Shown here: in pieces, positions 58,008-64,000 of the stretch
How the letters are laid out: every line of letters begins with the position of its first letter
Numbering within the stretch: the first letter of the stretch is position 1
Source: Dehalococcoidia bacterium
Lineage (GTDB): Bacteria; Chloroflexota; Dehalococcoidia; Plut-88900
NCBI GenBank assembly: GCA_965197585.1
Contig: OZ240215.1
Coordinates: forward strand, 512,001 to 576,000
Direction: 5' to 3'
DNA: 64,000 bases
Position numbers and translations under genes: made by a program
Notes under the pieces: model-generated
What the model was told of the DNA's origin: nothing
The model's input: the letters and a program-made list of their open reading frames with translations, nothing else
The model's database searches: none

Positions 58008-58856
58008 CTAGGGCCTTAGCCTGAACTCCGAGTCCGCACCGCGGAATATCTCGGCCAATTCACCCTCGCCGCTGGCAGTGAACATCCGGCCTTCGGTGAA
58101 GGTGGTGGCACTTTCGAACAGTATCTCGATGGTCGAGAAGGCTGCAAGGCTTGATTCCGCTGCCGCTGCCTCCGCTTCCGTGCTGTACCACGACACCAGG
58201 TCGAATGTCCCGGTCGTGCTGCCCTGCCCGGATGCCGAGAAGCCCAAGGCTTGGCATCCGGGGGCTACGTCTTCACACCGTGTTGTCAGGGATATGTAGG
58301 CCGTGCCCTGCACCCTGTCTAACACCTCCCTCGCTGCCCCCACCTGGTCCAGTGTACGTCCGTCTTCCAATTGCACCAGCACGGTCTCCATGGTCGTGAA
58401 GTCGTAGCCCACCGCCATACGTCCTGCCCCCATCAACGCCACGTTCCCTGCGTCTCCGCTCCAGACTTCCGTGTCCCGTATCTTCCTCACTCCGTGCCCC
58501 GTATCCTCCAACCGCTTCGCTACGTCCTCTGTATCGAATGCTCCCTCAACCAGTATGACCCGACGGTCGTTTACGACGAACGTCACCGCACTTCGCAAGT
58601 CGGAACTGCCTACCCCAGTGTTGCCCAGGCTCCGGTTCAACGCTCCCAGCACCTCCCCAGCCTCCTTAAGCAGCTCCGAATCTCCACGGATCGCCTCCAG
58701 GTCGATCAAGGACGCGTCTTGAGCTATTTCCGGCACGTCCCCGCCTATAGTCAGCTTCTCCCCACCCGACTCCCCGCACCCCATCGCCACGATGCTGACC
58801 ATAAGCAAGCCGATGACAATACCGGCCAGGCTGCTTTTCAAAGTTGCATTTATCAT
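58008..58856 (-). CDS. Hypothetical lipoprotein
   Basis: Signal peptide with lipobox-like VAMG-C; acidic mature domain. Confidence 0.7.
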   Translation of the reverse strand: MINATLKSSLAGIVIGLLMVSIVAMGCGESGGEKLTIGGDVPEIAQDASLIDLEAIRGDSELLKEAGEVLGALNRSLGNTGVGSSDLRSAVTFVVNDRRVILVEGAFDTEDVAKRLEDTGHGVRKIRDTEVWSGDAGNVALMGAGRMAVGYDFTTMETVLVQLEDGRTLDQVGAAREVLDRVQGTAYISLTTRCEDVAPGCQALGFSASGQGSTTGTFDLVSWYSTEAEAAAAESSLAAFSTIEILFESATTFTEGRMFTASGEGELAEIFRGADSEFRLRP

Positions 58857-58893
58857 CTTCAAACACATAACGGTGCTATCATTTCATCCAGTT

Positions 58894-60171
58894 TTATCGT
58901 CTTAGGCGTCCCATCCTATCAGTTTTCCCCGGTACCGGCCTTTCCCGTCTGTATCCCCCCAGCAGGAGCGCCGTTGCTACCAGCATCAAGGGCGCGAACG
59001 CACTGATGAATAGTCCCAGTCCCAAGTCACCTGTACTCTCTTCTACGAATCCCACCAGTATTGGCCCAACCGCCCCACCACCCCACAGGGCAGTGAACAC
59101 CGTCGCCGATGCCACTGCCACCTCCCTCGGGGTGATGCCAGGCAGGTTAAACACCTGTGTCATCAATATCGGGAAGAAGCTGAACATCACCCCGCCGAAT
59201 ATCCAAAGCAACACCAATAGGGTAAACGAGTCTGTCGATATCAGGCCGATGTACGCGAGGGCCTGTCCCACCCCACACACGGTCAGCACCAGAGTAGTGT
59301 GTCGTGAGAAAAAGGGAAACGCGACCACGCCCAGTTCTGCAGGCGCCATGGCAAAAGTCCCGATCCCCATGAGAACCCCTGCCGTTCTTACGTCTATTCC
59401 GTATTCCTCGCCCACGAATCGGGGCCAGAAGTTCCCGAACGCCAGCCGAGCCAGCAGCATCCCGAACATGCCCAGGCAGATGAACCACACCTCCCGATAC
59501 TTGAGGACGCTCCGTATCGGTGTTCCATTGTCCTCTTCTCCTCCCCCTTGAAGCTCGGGCCGTCCTTTGTCCTTCCCGAGCGCTATCCACAAAAACGCTG
59601 CCGCAAGCACTACACCGGACCACACGAACATCGTCTGCCGCCAGCCGCCCAGCCAGCCGAGCATGAATGGGATTAATACGGTGCCGGTCCCCATCAGTAT
59701 GTCGACTATAGAGATGGAGAAGCCGTTTGCCAGCCCGAACCGCCGCTTGGAAATCCACTGGATAATCAGGATGTTCCGCGGAGATTGGCACGCCTGCAAA
59801 ACCATGCCCAGCCCTATCCGGGCCAGCAGCAGGGCTCCGAACCCCGGCGCCCCTCCCGCCATGGCGATCAGTCCCGATGCCGCTAAGAACCCCACCGCCG
59901 CCGTCCTCCAGGGCCTGAACCTAGACACCCACCAGTTCATTGGTATCGAGAAAACTACGTTCGCCAAAAGCAAGGACGATCCAAGCCACCCTTGTTCCGC
60001 CGGCGACAACTCGAGGTCGTCGATGATGTCCGGCAGGAACAGCCCCAGCGACGTTGTCGCTACCAGCACCGAGGCGAGCCCCACGGTGAAGTAGACCAGC
60101 ACCCCCCACCCTTCCTCCCCCCGTTCCGGCGCCACTGTCGGCGCGGCTACGCTCACCTTGGGCTGCCACAC
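58894..60171 (-). CDS. MFS transporter (CynX-like); start uncertain
   Basis: About 12 TM segments, LLARIGLG, GGWRQTM, GPILVGF. Confidence 0.85.
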   Translation of the reverse strand: MWQPKVSVAAPTVAPERGEEGWGVLVYFTVGLASVLVATTSLGLFLPDIIDDLELSPAEQGWLGSSLLLANVVFSIPMNWWVSRFRPWRTAAVGFLAASGLIAMAGGAPGFGALLLARIGLGMVLQACQSPRNILIIQWISKRRFGLANGFSISIVDILMGTGTVLIPFMLGWLGGWRQTMFVWSGVVLAAAFLWIALGKDKGRPELQGGGEEDNGTPIRSVLKYREVWFICLGMFGMLLARLAFGNFWPRFVGEEYGIDVRTAGVLMGIGTFAMAPAELGVVAFPFFSRHTTLVLTVCGVGQALAYIGLISTDSFTLLVLLWIFGGVMFSFFPILMTQVFNLPGITPREVAVASATVFTALWGGGAVGPILVGFVEESTGDLGLGLFISAFAPLMLVATALLLGGYRRERPVPGKTDRMGRLRR

Positions 60172-60354
60172 ATGGAGCGGTTGACGTAATAAACAGCAAA
60201 ACTGGGGCGCGTTCGTACAACGCCAAACGCAATCAAACTGCTCATCGCGTTAATGTACCACACCCATCTTCCCAATTTGTCGACTCGCGACCCCACCCTT
60301 GTTAAAATTGCACAGCTTAATCTACAAACCAGTAACACAAAGGGGCCTGAGCCG

Positions 60355-62802
60355 ATGATAGACCACGCTAGAGTTGTGATTATCGGGGCCGGCATTGCCG
60401 GTTGCAGCGTCGCGTACCACCTAGCCAAGCTGGGCTGGACCGACATCGTCGTTCTTGATCAGGGCCCACTCCCCGACACGGGAGGCTCCACCTCCCACGC
60501 CCCCGCCTTCATCTTCCAGATAAACCCCTCCAAGTTCTACTCGGAGACGGCCAAGTACTCCGTAGAGCTTTTCAAATCCCTTGAGGTCGATGGACAGTGC
60601 CCCTTCTACGAGGTCGGCGGGCTGGAGGTCGCCTGGACTCCCGAGCGCCTGCAGGAACTCAAGCGTAAGGTCGGCTTTGGCAAGTCCTGGGGCCTAGAGG
60701 CTGAGGTAATTTCTGCCAAGGAGGCTCGGGACATATTCCCCCTCCTCTCCGAAAACATCCTGGGGGCCATGTACAACCCGACCGACGGTCTGGTCAAAGG
60801 CGTACGCGCCGACGAGGCCATGTCCAACGCCGCCAAAGCTCTTGGAGCAAAATTCTACGGCGAAACCCAGGTTACGGACATCGAGACCCGGGACGGCCGC
60901 GTCGACACCGTCGTCACCAACAAAGGCAATATTAGGGCTGAGCACGTAGTCGCCTGTGCCGGGATATGGGGCCCGAGACTCGGGCGCATGGTCGGCGTCC
61001 CAATCCCCTACTACCCCATGCAGCACCCCCTTGTGAAGGTCGGGCCCCTACCGGAGCTTGCCGGACACACGAAGGAGATTACCCGGCCCGGCGTCCGGCA
61101 CCAGGACTTTTCCATGTACGCACGGGAGTATTTCGAATATATGGAGGTCGGCACCTACCAGAATGAGCCAATCCTTGTGAATGCCGACGACATCGTCCCC
61201 TACGAAATGGCCAGGGTCACGCCTGCCGTTATGCCCTTCAATCTCGAGCTCTTCGTCGACTCCCTACTCGCCATCGACGAGCTCATGCCCGGCCTTGCCG
61301 ACAACCCGATCTTCGAACCGATCAACGGCATGTTCTCCTTCACTCCTGATGGAATGCCCCTCCTGGGCGAGGCCCCCAACGTCAAGGGTTTCTGGCTAGC
61401 CCAGGCAGTCTGGGTAGCCCACGCCGGGGGCATAGGCAAGACCCTCGCCGAGTGGATGGTCTACGGCTCACCCGAATTCGACCCTCACGAAGCGGACCTC
61501 ACCCGGTTCCACCCTCACATGTCCGCAGACTCCTACGTCAAGACCCGCTCTGCCCAGCAGTACCGGGAGGTATACGATATCGTGCACCCCCTCCAGCAGA
61601 TGGAAGACCCCCGTCGAATCCGCCTGAGCCCCTTCTACCCAAGACAGCAGGAACTCGGGGCTCAGTTCTTCGAGGTCGCAGGTTGGGAGCGCCCCCAGTG
61701 GTACGCCGCCAACGAAAAACTCCTGGACGCCGATCCCGCACCTCAACGAGAAGGCTGGGAGGCCCAGAATTGGTCTCCGATAGTCTATGCCGAGCATCGA
61801 GCCGCCCGCGAGCGCGTCGTCATGATCGATCAGACCGGCTTCGCCAAGTTCGAGATCAAGGGCCCCGGAGCCCTCGATACCCTTAACTGGATCTCCAGCA
61901 ACCAGATGGACCGATCCGTCGGACGCGTCACCTACACCTCACTACTCAACAAGCAGGGCAAGATCAAGTGTGACCTCACCATCACCCGCCTTGCTGCCGA
62001 CCGGTTCCTGATCGTCACCGGAGGCTCTTTCGCACCCCACGATCTCGCCTGGATCAAGTCCCACCTCCCCGACGACGGCTCAGTATCCCTCACCGACATC
62101 TCGTCCTCCCTCTGCTGCATCGGCCTCTGGGGCCCCAGGGCCCGAGACCTGGCCCAGTCCGTCACATCTCACGACCTCTCCAACGAATCCTTCCCTTACC
62201 TGACTGGACAGGAGGTAATTTTCGGAGACGTCCCTTGCCTCGCTTTCCGCATCTCCTACGCCGGTGAGCTCGGTTGGGAGGTCTACTGCTCTACGGAGTT
62301 CGGCCTGCGCCTCTGGGACCTCCTCTGGGATGCAGGCCAGCCTCTCGGAGTCACCGCAATGGGCGCCGCCGCCTTCGACTCCCTTCGCATCGAAAAGGGC
62401 TACCGTCTTTGGGGCGCCGACATAAGCACAGAGTACAACCCATTCGAGGCGGGTATTGGCTTCGCCGTCAGAATGAAGAAGGGAACCTTCCTTGGACGCG
62501 ACGCATTGGTCGTAGCCCGAGAAGTCGGTCTCACCCAAAAGCTCTGCTGCATGACCATCGATGATCCCTCCAAGGTCGTAATGGGCAACGAACCCATCCT
62601 CATCGATGGCCGACCCACGGGGTTTGTAACCAGCGCTAACTACGGCTACAGCATCGGCAGGGGCGTCGCCTACGGCTATCTCCCAATCGAACACACCGAG
62701 GTCGGGACCAAGGTCCAGATCGAATACTTTGGCGAGCTTCTCGATGCCACCGTCTCCCGGGAACCCCTCTACGACCCGGAGATGGTCAAGCTGAAGAGCT
62801 GA
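60355..62802 (+). CDS. GcvT-family FAD oxidoreductase (dimethylglycine oxidase/dehydrogenase-like)
   Basis: GAGIAG, GGSTSHAP, RHQD, FSFTPDG, GWERP, SYAGELGWE, SLRIEKGY. Confidence 0.92.
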   Translation: MIDHARVVIIGAGIAGCSVAYHLAKLGWTDIVVLDQGPLPDTGGSTSHAPAFIFQINPSKFYSETAKYSVELFKSLEVDGQCPFYEVGGLEVAWTPERLQELKRKVGFGKSWGLEAEVISAKEARDIFPLLSENILGAMYNPTDGLVKGVRADEAMSNAAKALGAKFYGETQVTDIETRDGRVDTVVTNKGNIRAEHVVACAGIWGPRLGRMVGVPIPYYPMQHPLVKVGPLPELAGHTKEITRPGVRHQDFSMYAREYFEYMEVGTYQNEPILVNADDIVPYEMARVTPAVMPFNLELFVDSLLAIDELMPGLADNPIFEPINGMFSFTPDGMPLLGEAPNVKGFWLAQAVWVAHAGGIGKTLAEWMVYGSPEFDPHEADLTRFHPHMSADSYVKTRSAQQYREVYDIVHPLQQMEDPRRIRLSPFYPRQQELGAQFFEVAGWERPQWYAANEKLLDADPAPQREGWEAQNWSPIVYAEHRAARERVVMIDQTGFAKFEIKGPGALDTLNWISSNQMDRSVGRVTYTSLLNKQGKIKCDLTITRLAADRFLIVTGGSFAPHDLAWIKSHLPDDGSVSLTDISSSLCCIGLWGPRARDLAQSVTSHDLSNESFPYLTGQEVIFGDVPCLAFRISYAGELGWEVYCSTEFGLRLWDLLWDAGQPLGVTAMGAAAFDSLRIEKGYRLWGADISTEYNPFEAGIGFAVRMKKGTFLGRDALVVAREVGLTQKLCCMTIDDPSKVVMGNEPILIDGRPTGFVTSANYGYSIGRGVAYGYLPIEHTEVGTKVQIEYFGELLDATVSREPLYDPEMVKLKS

Positions 62803-62941
62803 TCCGGATTTCTACTATGAGACCATTGCATAGTTGTCATTCCCGACAAATCGTGGATCCAAAGTTGACACATTAGGACTATCTAGGCATGCTATGGCTT
62901 CTTAAAATGCCCCCGCGTTATCGGGACGCTAAAGCCTTAAA

Positions 62942-63661
62942 ATGCCGGAAGAACCCCAACCCCGTTACACCCTTCGCATATCCGAGATGCCCTCGGACGA
63001 AAGGCCTCGAGAGCGGCTCCAGAATTACGGGGCGCAAAGCCTGGGCCATGCGGAGCTCATCGCCATCCTGTTGCGCACAGGCAACAACCGGGAAAGCGCT
63101 CTGGATATGGCTAGGCGCGTTATCTCCCAATACGGTACGCTGCGGGGACTGGCCCGAGCCACCTTCACCGAGCTAACCCAGCTCGACGGAATTGGCAAAG
63201 CCAAGGCCTCCCAGATTCTGGCAGGACTGGAACTCGGCCAACGCCTTCGCCATGACCCACGACTGGACAAGCGGCGCATCGACAATCCGGAGGACGTTTT
63301 CGAAATCCTTGGGGACGAGATGAGCCTATTCACCCAGGAGCACCTGAAGGTAGTCCTCCTTGACACCAAGAACCGGGTCATGGAAGTCCAGGAAGTTTAT
63401 ATAGGCAACGTCAACTCCTCCCAGATCAGGGCCTCGGAAGTGTTCAGGGCTGCAGTAAAAGCCAACGCCACCTCCATCGTTGTCGTACACAACCATCCTT
63501 CCGGCAACCCCACCCCCAGTTCCCAGGACAGGGCCGTCACCACCGACCTTGTGAAAGCCGGCAATCTTCTCGGCATAGACGTCCTGGACCATGTAATCAT
63601 CGGCCATCCCGATGAAAAAGGTTTCGTCAGCCTAAAAGAGCAAGGCATCGGCTTCGGCTAA
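62942..63661 (+). CDS. radC: RadC/JAB domain protein
   Basis: ERPRERL, ELIAILLRTG, GIGKAKA, HNHPSG, DVLDHVII. Confidence 0.95.
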   Translation: MPEEPQPRYTLRISEMPSDERPRERLQNYGAQSLGHAELIAILLRTGNNRESALDMARRVISQYGTLRGLARATFTELTQLDGIGKAKASQILAGLELGQRLRHDPRLDKRRIDNPEDVFEILGDEMSLFTQEHLKVVLLDTKNRVMEVQEVYIGNVNSSQIRASEVFRAAVKANATSIVVVHNHPSGNPTPSSQDRAVTTDLVKAGNLLGIDVLDHVIIGHPDEKGFVSLKEQGIGFG

Positions 63662-63698
63662 CTCTCCTTTTCCGTCATTCTGGACCCTTTCCCCCACC

Positions 63699-63726
63699 TT
63701 GACTTAATCCCCCTCGGTGCTATCCT
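63699..63726 (+). promoter_or_regulatory. Putative promoter for the amidohydrolase gene
   Basis: TTGACT-16 bp-TATCCT with an extended TG. Confidence 0.5.
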
Positions 63727-63769
63727 CCCATCAATAAGACTGGCGTGCGCATACCCATAGGAGGGGACA

Positions 63770-64000
63770 ATGCAATACAACATAATCTCCGCGGACTCTC
63801 ACGTGGACCTCGGCTACCTGCCCTGGGACCTATTTACCTCCCAGGCCCCATCCCAGTATGCGGACCGAGTCCCCAGGGTCGAGTCCCGGGACGGCATCAA
63901 TCAGTGGTGGGCCGATGGCACCTACCTGGAAGACGTCGGACACTTCAGCAAGGTCGGCACTTATAACCCCGGCATGAGGACACGTGTCGACAAGATGGAC
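63770..64000 (+). CDS. Amidohydrolase-2 family protein (3'-truncated by window edge)
   Basis: AGGAGG SD; MQYNIISADSHVD...DLFT....YADRVPRV; open to the window end. Confidence 0.8.
   Translation, partial: MQYNIISADSHVDLGYLPWDLFTSQAPSQYADRVPRVESRDGINQWWADGTYLEDVGHFSKVGTYNPGMRTRVDKMD

Noticed and set aside
60172-60354. Possible glycine riboswitch upstream of the GcvT-family gene
   Set aside because: No recognisable glycine-aptamer motifs; the region looks like divergent promoters.
62836-62861. GTCATTCCCGACAAATCGTGGATCCA resembling GTCATTCCCG-type REP elements
   Set aside because: Single degenerate copy in the window with no associated transposase, so it cannot be supported as a repeat family.
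63745-63966. 73-aa ORF in the track
   Set aside because: Wrong frame; the SD-preceded amidohydrolase frame starting at 63770 is the credible gene.
1-64000. CRISPR arrays, IS elements, integrases at tRNAs, selenocysteine read-through
   Set aside because: By eye I saw no regularly spaced repeats, no transposase/integrase ORFs, no tRNA 3' duplications and no genes split by an in-frame TGA.

Overview
GC-rich bacterial chromosome segment. Gene content and protein style suggest Chloroflexota, Dehalococcoidia/SAR202-like (inference, not verified). Housekeeping blocks: CIRCE-hrcA-grpE-dnaJ-prmA; fur-argF-der-plsY; purA; rpsO-pnp-dapB-asd-dapA; rpsA-clpC-radA-larE-MTase-larC; tRNA-Thr/Tyr/Thr-tuf-rpmG-secE-nusG-rplK-rplA-L10 leader-rplJ-rplL; radC. 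These alternate with catabolic accessory genes: hydantoinase/oxoprolinase A/B, LLM flavin oxidoreductase, a TPP-dependent dehydrogenase with two tandem E1-beta genes, thiol dioxygenase plus 4-domain rhodanese, an enolase-superfamily enzyme, M24 and S9 peptidases, class III aminotransferase, GGT, ABC/MFS/DMT transporters and a dimethylglycine-oxidase-like enzyme. No CRISPR array, transposase or prophage was seen. The strongest candidate for an undescribed system is at 24646-24804. A sigma70 promoter drives a nearly leaderless 16-codon Cys-rich leader ORF (MNNGYWLDNCVCMCRK) with mutually exclusive protector, antiterminator and intrinsic-terminator helices. It sits directly upstream of a sulfite/nitrite reductase and two unknown genes, and looks like a cysteine-sensing ribosome-mediated transcription attenuator.
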